From IMG/VR virus record IMGVR_UViG_3300043620_000042: a DNA stretch of 64,000 bases; one strand, written 5' to 3'. Under the pieces are notes generated by a model that made no database searches, was not told the origin of the DNA, and saw nothing but the letters and a program-made list of their open reading frames with translations. This document shows, piece by piece, positions 9,601 through 19,513 of the stretch. This DNA comes from a virus. Each line of letters starts with the position of its first letter. Within the stretch, counting starts at the first letter, position 1. The translations under genes were made by a program, and so were the position numbers.

Positions 9601-12600
9601 TCAGGAAGGCCGTGGCTCGTCGATGGAACAGTGCGCTTTACTAGTCTATCTCATGCGGCAGGCGGGTTATCCGGCTTGTTATGTGTTCCCTCCTGACGGT
9701 GGCCTCAAAATGCTGGACACGCGCTTAAGTGCGCTTTTGCGGTTGAGGGTAAATGGCAGCCAGGATGAAAACGGTTATCGCTATACGACCAACAGCTTGA
9801 TTCCGGTCAACTATCCGTGGGTGGCTACCTACGTGAGCAACCAATGGGTCCATCTATTCCCGTGGCTTAAGGACACTCAAGTCACGGAAGGGCTAAACCT
9901 GCGCGATTATCTGCCGGACCAATACAAGGAATTGCAGGTTTGGGTGCGGGACTATGTCTTTGCGAAAACGAATATCATGGCATCCGCCACCCTTGATGAC
10001 GATACTCCGTATGCCATCTTCCCGTCGTTCCTGAGCAGTGTTCTGGCGACAAATGCTCCCGGCATTTCGCTCGATGACATCGGGATGAAATATGTAAACC
10101 GCCGGCACCTTTATACCACCTGGAATGACTTTCCTCGGCCGACACTGGTCACAAATACAAGCACAGCCATTGAAAGCCTAGGGTCAACCAGCGTCACAAA
10201 CGTTTCGTTTCGTCTCACCAATGTGTTCGATACTGTGTACGTTGAACTGTTCAGCCTCTACAATCCGACGAAGCTCGTTCATACGTCCGAAATGCGCATG
10301 TGCGATCTCCATAATCGCAAATTTTACCTGAGCCACACCAATCTTGGAGGGGGGGTATGCCAGGCAATTCTCACACTGGCTCCTTACAGCGTGAACTCGA
10401 CCGGCGCCGGTTCGTTTGCCACAAGTGATACTGCGCTTACCAACAAACAAGTCGTGACGTTGAATCTGGACGGAGACGACGATCAGTTGCGTGTGCGCAT
10501 CCGCTATCGCCGCCAGAAGGCTCTGACATGGCAAACTGCTGTGGACGCGCCGGCTGGATTTCTCGGCGTGAACAGCGAACGCGAGGTTCTTCAGGAGCGC
10601 AAGCTGCGCAAAGGTGACGTTGCAGCCATTTGCTTGAATACGGGTCGAGTCACGCCGGCGATGGTGCGGGTCCACGCTCAGGATATCTGGAACATGGAAC
10701 AGCAGTTGAGCACCAACGCGGCCGCGGCAAGCACCGTCTCGCCTGATGTGTATCAGGGCAGTCTCGTTTACCTGCTGGGTATGAGCTACTACGAGCGGGT
10801 TGCCCGGTTTGATGACCTCAATCGCCGTCTAAACAAAATTCAAGATCTGTCAAAATGCGCGATGGGATTGGCGAAACTGAGTCCGTACCGAAATCCAGAT
10901 GGCTCACTTCCGGATGGTGCCATCGATCCTGTTTGGCCCAATGTTGACATGTTCTTCCTCGAGGAAACATATGTAAACAACGATACGTCACGTCCAGACT
11001 CGGGTTGGGATTTGGAGCTTGCCCGCCGCAATTATGCAAACCTCGCGGTGGCGAACAATTCAGCCCAGGAGCATGCGGTGCTCAACCAATTCTTTGGCCA
11101 GAGCAATTCGGTTTCGACCGTGAAAGTGCTGCAGATCGCCCAAACCAAGGTGCCGAGTGGCAGCTCCAATATCGTCGAGTTGAATTACTTCAATTACGCC
11201 AGCCAGGGGGCCGTGGCCTACAATGGTGTTGCTCTTAAGAATTACGATCCCGACATATGGGCGCAGGTGACCAATTACTTCGCTGATCCAATCCATGGTC
11301 CCTTCACAGTCGCATGGCTTCCGCCCGGAGCGCAGAGCACGCCGAGCGGTTCCTATTCAGGCATGGCAGCGTTGGTGCTCGGGGTCGACGAACAGGTTGC
11401 CGTTATTGGCAATGGCCAATATGGCGGGTTTGCTGATGCCCTTTCGCCTAACACGGTTTCGCGAGGCAGTCTGACGAAGTGGGACCTGTTACAAAGGGCC
11501 GATGGCGGTCTTCAATTCAATAGCGACATTCAAACGCCCGGAGCGAACGCAGCCGCCCCCGAAGTCACGGCCTCATTTCAGTTCACGACGACCACTGGTG
11601 GATTGAATAGTGGGGCTCTGGCAGCAAACCCCTACCAGAATCTCATGGCGACAATTGAAGGCTACTTGCTTAACGGCAGTGGCGGGACCTACGCAAACAT
11701 TCTGCCGACTGGCGAGGACATTGGCCTTACTCAACGGCCCGACGCCCGCGACGGTAATGGCTTACTCCAGTCGGTCTATGATCCCGTCAATGCACTTACC
11801 GGCGAATATTACATCGACGAAGTAGACCTGTCATTGCCCGGTCCGATGCCGCTGCAAGTGCGGCGCAATTACGGCAGCCAGAACCTCGGGAACAGCCAGC
11901 TCGGCTATGGCTGGAAACTCAATTACATGTCTTACCTTACACTTGGTGCGAGTAACGTGGTGTATGAAGCTGAACCTGACGGCTCTGTCTTTGCCTTCGC
12001 GTCGCTGACGACTAATACGTGGGCACCAAATCTGGCTCTCAACCCCACGCTCAACAATGACAGTGTCAATGGAATTGGCTCGGTTGCAAATCATTTGAAT
12101 GCCAAGCTCGCTAAACTCGCGGTTGGAGCGACGAACCTTTGGTATCTGACGAATGGCGACGGCTCACTCCGGGTCTTTCAAGAGATGAGCTTCCCGCTTA
12201 CCAACTCGGCCAGTTACGACCGGCTTCGACCGTATCTCACGTATTGGTACGACAATCAGAGCAACTTTTACCGTTTTGAGTATGGCACTAATGCAACTCA
12301 GGCAGATTACGGACAGGTAAGGAGGATTTCGAGCAGCAGCGGCAATGTCGTGCGATTCCAATACGACGTTTATTCCCGAATTGTGGACGCCTACAGCATT
12401 GACGGACGGCACCTCCAATACGACTACGATGATCATGGCGATCTCGTAACAGTTACATTGCCAGACTTTTCAGAAATTAATTTCAAGTATCAACATCTCT
12501 CTTGGATAACCAACGGTGTCACCAACGTGTATTCGACTCACCTGGTGGTCCGTGAAGAAAAGCCTGACGGCCGCACATTGCAGAACGACTATGACGAGCA

Positions 12601-15600
12601 GCGCCGGGTGACCAATCAATGGTCAACAGTTGGCCCGGATCTTCGGCTAGTTCGCAATGCCACATTCCTTTACACGAATAATTTCAGCCTGACCAATCTG
12701 ACCGGAACTCTATTAGGCACGACTACCATTCTTGATTACACCAACAACCCGACGACCTACTATTACACGAATGGTATTATCCGCCGTGTGCGGGATCCAT
12801 TGGGCGGTGAACTGGTCCAGACCTGGTACGAAGAGAACGAGACGAATGCTCCGGCGTATCCGCGCAGTCTCAAAACCGTGACCGATAAGCGCGGGCTGAT
12901 CACAACGCTGAAATACGATTCGCTAGGGAACGTCACGAACACAACCGTTCAGGGCGACTTGAAAGGCGACGGGGATACGAGCGCGACAGCGGTCGCGACG
13001 GCAATCTTCAACGGGAATAATTTGCCCACTCAGCGTGTGGACATGAGCGGCGCAACGAACCTTTACTATTACACAAATACCTGGCTCCTAGCCCGGCTCG
13101 AAACGTGGCCCTCAAATGCGACGTCATCCCAGGCAATGACCAATTTCTACACGTACACGAGCGTGAGCAATTCGTCGGATGGGACAGTATCGTACGGTCT
13201 GCGATCGCAAGAGGTTCGGGCAGCTAATTCGCCAGACGCTGCTACGAATCAGTTGGTTTATAGTTCTCGGGGCTTCCCAACCCAAATAGTTCGATTCACT
13301 GGCGGCAGTGATCCCACGGTCACGGTCACGAATCTCTTTAATACGCGGGGTGAATTGGTCCAGAGAACCGACGCTGCTGGCCGCAGCATCCGCTTCGGCT
13401 TCGATCCTCGCGGCAACATCCAAAGCCGAGAGGTCTTTGATACGGGCCAATCAGTCCCCATGTCCTGGGACTACTTCTATTACAACGAAAACGGTGAACT
13501 GACTTGGAGCGATGGCCCGCGGTACAATCCCGAGGATTACGTCTGGCGGGATTATGATGGGGCTGGCCGCAAAACTCAGGAGATCCATTGGCGCTCCGAA
13601 GCCAAACCAGACGGCAGCGGAGTGGAGGCGCCTGCAGACGATAGCCTCTACACGACCACTTTTAGTCAATGGGACGCCTTCGGCAATCTTGTTAAGAGCG
13701 TGGACCCGAACGGTAATTACAGCCTCAAATACTACGATGCGATTGGCCAGCTGAAGCGAGAAGAGGCTTATGACATCCACGGAACTCTGCTCGCTACGAA
13801 CGGTTTCGGTTACAATTTGGCTGGGGACGTTACGAACGCGTTCAATCCGTTGGGCGGCAGCATGCAGAAACTTTTCAATGCCCGGGGTCAGCCCAAGTTC
13901 CAGCGTAATTTCGATGGGTCGACCAACGGTTGGCGTTATTACGCTGATGGACGCGTGCGGCGCGAAATTCAGCGCAATGGCGCGTATCGGGAAACGACTT
14001 ATGACGATGCCAATCGGAAGACCACGAAGACCTTCTATTCGGCAGCCGGATCGCCCTTGGCAACAAATTCAACCGTTTTAGATCGGCGCGGTAATATTGT
14101 TCAACGAAGGGACGAGGGGTCCAATCTCTTTACCAATTTGTTTGATGCCTTGGATCGGTTGAAAGTCGCGGCGGGCCCACCGGTGGTGACGGTTAGCCAG
14201 GACCCCATTACAGAGAACTACATAACAAGTGTTGTGCAGCAGGTAACGACTTGCCTGTATACGAACAGCAGCAGGCTGATGACTGTTTCAAACGCAGTTG
14301 GAGAAAAAACCGTTACCATGTTTGACCCGCTGGACCGGCCGACCAGTCTTCAGATTTTTCCGTCCGCCGGCGGCACGCCCGTTAGGATAATGACCACGGC
14401 TTACTCGGCGGATCACCAAAGCGTGACCGTGACCAACGGCTCGGGTGCAAGCGCAATCGTCTCCACGTCCTACTCTGATAGTGACGGCCGGTCGCTGCTG
14501 GTGGTCAGCTATCCATTCGCTAACTCGCGGGAGTATACGCTCCACCAATATGATTTGGCGGGCAACCTTACGTTTGAAGAGCGCAGTTCGGTCACCAACA
14601 ACAGCCAAGCCAATTGGAGCGGCGTTCTGTACGGTTACGACGGACTAAATCGACTGGTGGTTAAATCCGATCGCGATGGAGCCCTGACCTCCTTCGATTA
14701 CGATGCTGCCGGCAATCTTACCAATCAAGTATTGCCGGGGGGTAATCTGAAATTCCAAGCGATTTTCAACAACGCGAGCCAGAAGTTACAAGATTGGTGT
14801 CTCGGCGTCGGAAATGTTGGCACGCGAACCAACAGTTACACCTATTACAGCGCCGGCAGTCCATTTGCGGGTCTTTTGCACACCAGCACAGAGGGGCGAG
14901 GTATCATGTCCACTTTGGATTACGACGATTATCTTCGCGTTGCAACCAACACGCATCCTTACGGCGGCGTTTATCTACCGCAAATCACAACGTGGAAATA
15001 TGATGTGCGAGGTTATCTCACGAATCTTCTCGAACACTACAACGAGTTCTATTTCACCGAAGTGCGGCGCAAGTATGATGCGTACGGCAATATTATTGAT
15101 GACCGAACCTGGCTGAACGGCGTCGGTGAAGCATCTGAGGCGGCTCAGAGTTGGGATTCGGCAGGGCGTAGGGCGTCGCTCGAAGTATCTGGTTTCGGAT
15201 ATGGCTACACGTGGAGGGCGGACGGTCTCCTTGCATCCGTATCGACTGCGGCTGGCAGCTCAAGCTATGGTTACGATTCTGCTGGAATCCTGACAAACCG
15301 AATTGCAGGCGGGAAAGTTACGACCATCACGGCACGGGATGGTGCGGGCAGGTCGCTCTCCCTTTTTACCACGGTTAATTTGCAGCCAACCCTCACCGAG
15401 ACGCTAACTCGCACTGGCGACGGTTTGTTGAGCAGCGATACGGTAGGACGCGCTGGCGACTTCACGAATTCACAGGCGTATGGGTATGCCGAATTAACTC
15501 GCCGGTTAACCAACGAGGTACTCAATCTCAATGCGACGAAGCGCTGGACGAATTCGTTCGTTTACGATGGAGGCAATAGTGCTGGCCTTGGCCTTCTCAC

Positions 15601-17431
15601 GAAAGTCGGACCTCTTGGCCAGTGGTCTGGTGGAGCAGATGCGCTGTCGCGAATCGGTGCCGAAACCAACACCGTCTCAACCCGTCGCGCTTATGGCCGC
15701 GTAAACGGATCCGCAACGATTTCGGCATCTTTAGATGCCGCGCTGACCCCCGTAGAAATTCTGCAGACCACCGACCACGACTGGAGTTACCAGTGGCGAA
15801 CCACAATGGAACTAACCCCAGGCGCTCACCGTTTGTCAGTGTCTGCCACTCATCCCGGTGGAATGTTTGTGACGAATCAGAGTGTATGGTTCACCAACAA
15901 TATGGGGAATCAGTCTGTCTCGGATTCTTACGATGCGGTGGGAAATCTGACCAAGAGAGTTTGGAAGAGCGTCGGCGGGGCGACCAATCACGTTCAGACG
16001 CTGGATTGGGATTTCAAAGGTCGCTTGAACCACGTCCAGGATATTGATGAGCAGGGAAATGCAGTTGATTGGAACGCCGTATATGATGGTTTTGACAGGA
16101 GGATTTACTCCTACTGGCAATCGTTCGGCACGAATACCAGCGGCGGGTCCACGATTGTTCAATACTACGACCCTCAAGTTGAATTTCTGGAACTGGGTGT
16201 CATTAATAACGGGCTGGCAACGTGGAGGGTTTATGGCCCTGATATGAGTGGCTGCTATGGAGGGATGCAAGGAATTGGCGGGCTGGATGCAATCGTTGAA
16301 GAACCGAATATATTCGAGCCGGTTTTGGGCGATGCTCGTGGCAACCTGCAAGGCTACTATTCGCCGATCCAAGTCAAACCAGTTTGGAACTCGTCGCGAC
16401 CGACAGGTTATGGAGGTGTTCCTGGCTACCGGCCCGTTTCGTTGGACGAAGGAGTTAATTTGGTTCAGGCGTCTGCTTGGCAAGGTTCTTGGAGCGATCT
16501 GACGGGGTTCTACTGGCGCGGCAAGCGGTATTACGATCCTGTTGCTGGGCGCTGGGTATCGGCTGACTCGGTTTGGAATGGACGCGACCCGAACTACTTC
16601 ACGTTCTGCGGCAGTGATCCGATCAACAGCTTCGATCCGGATGGGCGATTTGGAAAAGAGTGGGTGGCGGTCGCAAATACGCTCCGCGACAGCGAAGACA
16701 TCAGCGATCGATTTTCGGCAATGCCCGCCGGGTTCGTGGGTGCGATCGCCATGGGAGTCGGCTCCACTCCGTCAGTCTATGATCAGGCTGCACAGCGAAT
16801 GGCTGAGGCGCGTGCTGAAATTAACACCTACTCGGGGAGAGATGCATTTCTAGCTCGCACACTAATGCTCTCCGGTGATTTTGCTTTCGGCACGACCAAA
16901 TTGGTGAACGACCCGTTCAATACTTTGTTGGACACACCTCAAGGCTTCGTCAATTTCGGTGCGAAAATTGGAGGTGATGTTTACAACGTTGGGGCAAATC
17001 CGTCGGTAAATACATTTTTTAATATTGTTGAAGACACCTTGGCCGTCGCTGGAATGGCTGACGGTGCTGTTGGTCTTAATCGCGCGGCTGATGCCCTGAT
17101 CGGTAATCCAAATCCAAAGGTGTTCTGGTCGGGTGGACGGTCGTTGGCGGGACGGGATGCAGAAGCATACGCAAAAGCTGTGGGCGGACAAACATTGGAA
17201 ATGACAGGAACGGGTATGGTTCTGGATGCGATTACCACAAAGTGGACGTACCCATTACTCCGTCCGCTCTGGGAAAAGGCGTCATTTGACTTCGCTGCTA
17301 GCGCTGAGGGCCCAGTTGATGTGTTCCAGTCCGCCACACGTGGTGTGCGAGTTGATAGTGTGTGGCGTAGGGTAGAATATCCGCAGTTGATGAAGCAGGG
17401 AAACCAAATAAACTATCACTTAGCACCATAG
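6638..17431 (+). CDS. Giant RHS polymorphic toxin (3597 aa) with C-terminal ADP-ribosyl-cyclase/NADase-like (Tox-ARC) domain
   Basis: Signal peptide; Gly/Asn-rich beta-helix-like repeats; choice-of-anchor-Q-like (ALANNGGYTPTCALLSGSPAIDYG); Calx-beta-like; transglutaminase-like (LLVYLMRQAGYPACYV); DUF6531-like (DPVNALTGEY...LGYGW); YD repeats; RHS core (RYYDPVAGRWVSAD...DPDG); toxin FWSG..TLEMT..LWEKAS..FA..SVWRRVE. Confidence 0.9.
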   Translation: MQRKPPVWWPGMFCLWSKALTLIFLFVASVPLASRGEGTVTVCTESNLNDALEGGGLVTIACDGTITITSTKDTVNYGDTIIDASGHNVTISGGSNVRLFNVYDGTSLTLVNLTLANGLGDNGGAVVNNGTLNMNYCTVIKNKAVGSNGGNGANGSDSSSGDGGNGQVGTEGASAYGGGIYNLGTAGFNVCYFVSNTVTGGTGGNGGNGGNTTASFAHGGNGGIGKPGGDALGGAIFSTNAVFITNCYFYSNTVTGGNGGSGGSGGTGPTAGLAADGGAGGQGSGAGLYAGSNSVVIASTFYENSGKGGDGKAGGTDGTGEGNNGKLGGASVGIGIYNVGTNVTLNSTFYLNSAKGGNGGNGGTATRNLGTGGDGGTGGKAQGSGLYNDGKSSVTNCTLSVGSVIGGVGGAAGTGPFNGANGGRGNTNGANMFNTAGSPFILENSIIGAKSAGANAASGPVTDAGHNICFDTYTALSNPTSRDNTDPKIAALANNGGYTPTCALLSGSPAIDYGDPIGTPRKDQRGLYRTYYPDVGAYETNADTVGYLFVNIQATDAYAGEKGTNTGTFQITRVGNPNLSIKVGLDITGTASNGVDYATLPTNVLMAAGVMQTNLTVTPLGNAGLELAESVVVGLKSGTNYLPGLYTNAVVTIGVDSNYVRTAYPTGERYVRGAGTNMSNYTIIVPLDGLKGTPHTALDTNSPPIFYQYNGANGGTQSTTNNRIPCNTTVASFGSGWGTTWYIGQSYSLGVQIANVAQTPIYIAVFSKAFGTNMGTIAVNLPNGSDWVDFATNGFSRTTTAYGLTTTIRVAPDSLWGGSGGYAITHVASADAINYSYLVLAEGFFNGQAAWLDSTNGATFASLYDFAFDARPVWRSTFLDQPHFQGQPLPPDLFNKTPQELLNYGAAVTNAVSLTPSTCTNIDQSPELRRHPILDQFVSDLNKDPVALANYVQNEIELSDPIGFRDDAQLQNESVNLGGVNRSALAVYQEGRGSSMEQCALLVYLMRQAGYPACYVFPPDGGLKMLDTRLSALLRLRVNGSQDENGYRYTTNSLIPVNYPWVATYVSNQWVHLFPWLKDTQVTEGLNLRDYLPDQYKELQVWVRDYVFAKTNIMASATLDDDTPYAIFPSFLSSVLATNAPGISLDDIGMKYVNRRHLYTTWNDFPRPTLVTNTSTAIESLGSTSVTNVSFRLTNVFDTVYVELFSLYNPTKLVHTSEMRMCDLHNRKFYLSHTNLGGGVCQAILTLAPYSVNSTGAGSFATSDTALTNKQVVTLNLDGDDDQLRVRIRYRRQKALTWQTAVDAPAGFLGVNSEREVLQERKLRKGDVAAICLNTGRVTPAMVRVHAQDIWNMEQQLSTNAAAASTVSPDVYQGSLVYLLGMSYYERVARFDDLNRRLNKIQDLSKCAMGLAKLSPYRNPDGSLPDGAIDPVWPNVDMFFLEETYVNNDTSRPDSGWDLELARRNYANLAVANNSAQEHAVLNQFFGQSNSVSTVKVLQIAQTKVPSGSSNIVELNYFNYASQGAVAYNGVALKNYDPDIWAQVTNYFADPIHGPFTVAWLPPGAQSTPSGSYSGMAALVLGVDEQVAVIGNGQYGGFADALSPNTVSRGSLTKWDLLQRADGGLQFNSDIQTPGANAAAPEVTASFQFTTTTGGLNSGALAANPYQNLMATIEGYLLNGSGGTYANILPTGEDIGLTQRPDARDGNGLLQSVYDPVNALTGEYYIDEVDLSLPGPMPLQVRRNYGSQNLGNSQLGYGWKLNYMSYLTLGASNVVYEAEPDGSVFAFASLTTNTWAPNLALNPTLNNDSVNGIGSVANHLNAKLAKLAVGATNLWYLTNGDGSLRVFQEMSFPLTNSASYDRLRPYLTYWYDNQSNFYRFEYGTNATQADYGQVRRISSSSGNVVRFQYDVYSRIVDAYSIDGRHLQYDYDDHGDLVTVTLPDFSEINFKYQHLSWITNGVTNVYSTHLVVREEKPDGRTLQNDYDEQRRVTNQWSTVGPDLRLVRNATFLYTNNFSLTNLTGTLLGTTTILDYTNNPTTYYYTNGIIRRVRDPLGGELVQTWYEENETNAPAYPRSLKTVTDKRGLITTLKYDSLGNVTNTTVQGDLKGDGDTSATAVATAIFNGNNLPTQRVDMSGATNLYYYTNTWLLARLETWPSNATSSQAMTNFYTYTSVSNSSDGTVSYGLRSQEVRAANSPDAATNQLVYSSRGFPTQIVRFTGGSDPTVTVTNLFNTRGELVQRTDAAGRSIRFGFDPRGNIQSREVFDTGQSVPMSWDYFYYNENGELTWSDGPRYNPEDYVWRDYDGAGRKTQEIHWRSEAKPDGSGVEAPADDSLYTTTFSQWDAFGNLVKSVDPNGNYSLKYYDAIGQLKREEAYDIHGTLLATNGFGYNLAGDVTNAFNPLGGSMQKLFNARGQPKFQRNFDGSTNGWRYYADGRVRREIQRNGAYRETTYDDANRKTTKTFYSAAGSPLATNSTVLDRRGNIVQRRDEGSNLFTNLFDALDRLKVAAGPPVVTVSQDPITENYITSVVQQVTTCLYTNSSRLMTVSNAVGEKTVTMFDPLDRPTSLQIFPSAGGTPVRIMTTAYSADHQSVTVTNGSGASAIVSTSYSDSDGRSLLVVSYPFANSREYTLHQYDLAGNLTFEERSSVTNNSQANWSGVLYGYDGLNRLVVKSDRDGALTSFDYDAAGNLTNQVLPGGNLKFQAIFNNASQKLQDWCLGVGNVGTRTNSYTYYSAGSPFAGLLHTSTEGRGIMSTLDYDDYLRVATNTHPYGGVYLPQITTWKYDVRGYLTNLLEHYNEFYFTEVRRKYDAYGNIIDDRTWLNGVGEASEAAQSWDSAGRRASLEVSGFGYGYTWRADGLLASVSTAAGSSSYGYDSAGILTNRIAGGKVTTITARDGAGRSLSLFTTVNLQPTLTETLTRTGDGLLSSDTVGRAGDFTNSQAYGYAELTRRLTNEVLNLNATKRWTNSFVYDGGNSAGLGLLTKVGPLGQWSGGADALSRIGAETNTVSTRRAYGRVNGSATISASLDAALTPVEILQTTDHDWSYQWRTTMELTPGAHRLSVSATHPGGMFVTNQSVWFTNNMGNQSVSDSYDAVGNLTKRVWKSVGGATNHVQTLDWDFKGRLNHVQDIDEQGNAVDWNAVYDGFDRRIYSYWQSFGTNTSGGSTIVQYYDPQVEFLELGVINNGLATWRVYGPDMSGCYGGMQGIGGLDAIVEEPNIFEPVLGDARGNLQGYYSPIQVKPVWNSSRPTGYGGVPGYRPVSLDEGVNLVQASAWQGSWSDLTGFYWRGKRYYDPVAGRWVSADSVWNGRDPNYFTFCGSDPINSFDPDGRFGKEWVAVANTLRDSEDISDRFSAMPAGFVGAIAMGVGSTPSVYDQAAQRMAEARAEINTYSGRDAFLARTLMLSGDFAFGTTKLVNDPFNTLLDTPQGFVNFGAKIGGDVYNVGANPSVNTFFNIVEDTLAVAGMADGAVGLNRAADALIGNPNPKVFWSGGRSLAGRDAEAYAKAVGGQTLEMTGTGMVLDAITTKWTYPLLRPLWEKASFDFAASAEGPVDVFQSATRGVRVDSVWRRVEYPQLMKQGNQINYHLAP

Positions 17432-17439
17432 GTCATATT

Positions 17440-17694
17440 ATGTGGTTTAAACGCAAACCGTTTCAGGTCAAACTCACCGGCCGGGCTGGAATTGTTTATC
17501 GCGAAGGCGACAGGTCGATGCAGGTCGACTCGGAGATGTTAGTTGGCCCTCGGTTCGACATGGTGGTATTCACGGATAGCATAAAAGCTTGGGAGCCGCC
17601 TGATGAATGCGTGCCTGTTTCTGAAGAGGACAAGGCTCGGATTAGGGCGAACATTACAAAAGAATTGAACAATTTGCGGATAGACTGGCAGTAA
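17440..17694 (+). CDS. Cognate immunity protein, Imm74-like
   Basis: 8 bp after the toxin stop; GRAGIVYREG...EML...SIKAWEPP...IRANI fits Imm74, which from memory is reported next to Tox-ARC toxins. Confidence 0.7.
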   Translation: MWFKRKPFQVKLTGRAGIVYREGDRSMQVDSEMLVGPRFDMVVFTDSIKAWEPPDECVPVSEEDKARIRANITKELNNLRIDWQ

Positions 17695-17828
17695 TCTTCC
17701 TAGTGGAGTCCGTAGCCTTTGCTTATGACGTTCTTACCGGAACATACCAATGGAGACTCTCAAATAAAAAACCATTCGTGCATGAAGCTGTGTCGTCAAA
17801 CATCAGATCAGGAAAGCTCGAATCATTA

Positions 17829-18572
17829 ATGAAACGTATTCACTGTCTTATCGTACTCCTTGTGTGTGGGGGATCCGTATCGGGCCAAGATTTCATGCCC
17901 CTGGCCGGCGGTGCTTTCGCATTCGGAGCCCCGTTTCGGGTGGCTTGTCCTTACACGACAAACGGCGTAACGGCGAAGATTGAAGTTGGGTTTGCCTCGG
18001 ATACAAACCGTGTGTTGCCGTTGGTTCTGAGACAGTTTGGCACCAGAGTCTCTACCGAAATGAGCCTCAGTGATTTCATACCTTCAAAAGATGTAAAGCG
18101 AACCGCGCCGGCCTTGGGCATTGACAATGTCGTGGTGGTAACAGATACGGAGAATACGAAGATTTTATTTTTGTTTCCGAAGCTTTCACGGTTTGTGGAG
18201 GTCGAGCCTCCTGCTGATCTGGCCGATGCAGTACGGCAAACGAGTCGCGTACATTTCGATAAGGTCAATCTGGGCACTGAGTGGATTGATGGAGTTTGGT
18301 GCGCGAAAACCCGGTTCCGAGATTCCGCCAGCCCAAGAGTATCGGGTGTAATGTGGCAGCGTTTCGACCTGCATGACTTTCCGGTGAAAGTCGAATTGAG
18401 CAGCAAGGGCGATGTGATGAAAATAGTTACCAAATCTGTGGATTTTTCGAAACCTCCCCTGACTTACTTCGAAGCTCCTCAAGGGTTTAAACAGTGCACA
18501 AACTTTCCTGATCTCATGTTGTTCGCAAAAAAGTCGTTGAACGAACGCGCTCCCGGTGCATTTTCGCAGTGA
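17829..18572 (+). CDS. Secreted protein, possibly DUF4412-like
   Basis: Signal peptide MKRIHCLIVLLVCGGSVSG; LGTEWIDGVWCAK, FPVKVEL, YFEAPQGFK pattern. Confidence 0.5.
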   Translation: MKRIHCLIVLLVCGGSVSGQDFMPLAGGAFAFGAPFRVACPYTTNGVTAKIEVGFASDTNRVLPLVLRQFGTRVSTEMSLSDFIPSKDVKRTAPALGIDNVVVVTDTENTKILFLFPKLSRFVEVEPPADLADAVRQTSRVHFDKVNLGTEWIDGVWCAKTRFRDSASPRVSGVMWQRFDLHDFPVKVELSSKGDVMKIVTKSVDFSKPPLTYFEAPQGFKQCTNFPDLMLFAKKSLNERAPGAFSQ

Positions 18573-18655
18573 TCTTGGAGGGAAGTATGGAAGTAGTTTT
18601 TGATGAAATTGTTATTAGTCAACCAACAGGATCTTATAGGAAGATCCACAAATTT

Positions 18656-19063
18656 ATGACACGAGCGTTCTTAATGGTCTTATTACTTAGTGCCGGTACG
18701 GCGGGCGCGGCACTTAACATTACAGTCTCTCCGGCGAAGATGATCGGCCAAAAAGCCGATGTGCAACTTGGGCTTCAGAACAACTTGAACGAGAACGTGC
18801 GATCGGCTCGGGCAGTCGTGTTCTTGCTCGATGATCAAGGAAAGGTCGTTGCTCAAGGGAGTAGATGGATCATCGGCGGGTTTGTGTCCAGCCCGGGCTT
18901 GGCCGCAGGCGCGACCAATACGTTCCACTTTGTCGTAGATGCCGCCAAACCGTTCACCGGCGCAAATGTCACCGCCAAGGTGACGGTCAATCGCGTTGTT
19001 CTTGAAGGCGGTCGGCTGGCTGATGTGAACAAGGACGTACAGGTTAAGCCTGCGGCGAAGTGA
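18656..19063 (+). CDS. Small secreted beta-sandwich-like protein
   Basis: Signal peptide MTRAFLMVLLLSAGTAGA; alternating beta pattern. Confidence 0.55.
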   Translation: MTRAFLMVLLLSAGTAGAALNITVSPAKMIGQKADVQLGLQNNLNENVRSARAVVFLLDDQGKVVAQGSRWIIGGFVSSPGLAAGATNTFHFVVDAAKPFTGANVTAKVTVNRVVLEGGRLADVNKDVQVKPAAK

Positions 19064-19083
19064 CGAGGGCGAAAGGCAGGAGT

Positions 19084-19103
19084 CCAGAGGATAAATCCTC
19101 TGG
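19084..19103. terminator. Stem-loop between convergent operons
   Basis: CCAGAGGA-TAAA-TCCTCTGG perfect 8-bp stem; no clear U-tract. Confidence 0.35.
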
Positions 19104-19258
19104 TGCGGGTCCGGGCCGGCATGAGGCCCGGCGCTGTTAAAAAACTACGCGCGCGAAGCGCGAAAAAATTTTCGGCCAAGGGAGCAATCACCGGCAGGCA
19201 GATTGTTGTGCCGCACTTCAGACTTTCGTCCGGGTGATTGTCCCCTGGCGGAAGCGGG

Positions 19259-19513
19259 TTAGAAAAGGGTGCGGGTTTCGGTTTCCCTGATCGTGTAGCG
19301 CAAGGTGTAGGTTCGGGAGGTGCCGGACCGTCCAGGGCGATCCTTGCGGATTACGGCTTTGAGCAAGCGCGGGCCGTGTTGGTGTTTGAGTTGGGTTAGT
19401 TCGCATTCCGCGCTGTCACGGTCGGGAATGCAAATTTGCGAGATAGAGCGTTCAAGTGTAACGGTGTGAGTGAGGCGCAAGAGGAATTGTGTCGGGTGGT
19501 TGTGCATGTTCAA
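19259..19513 (-). CDS. Small hypothetical protein
   Basis: 84 aa; overlaps the stop of the upstream PRTase-like gene (ATGA coupling). Confidence 0.5.
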   Translation of the reverse strand: MNMHNHPTQFLLRLTHTVTLERSISQICIPDRDSAECELTQLKHQHGPRLLKAVIRKDRPGRSGTSRTYTLRYTIRETETRTLF

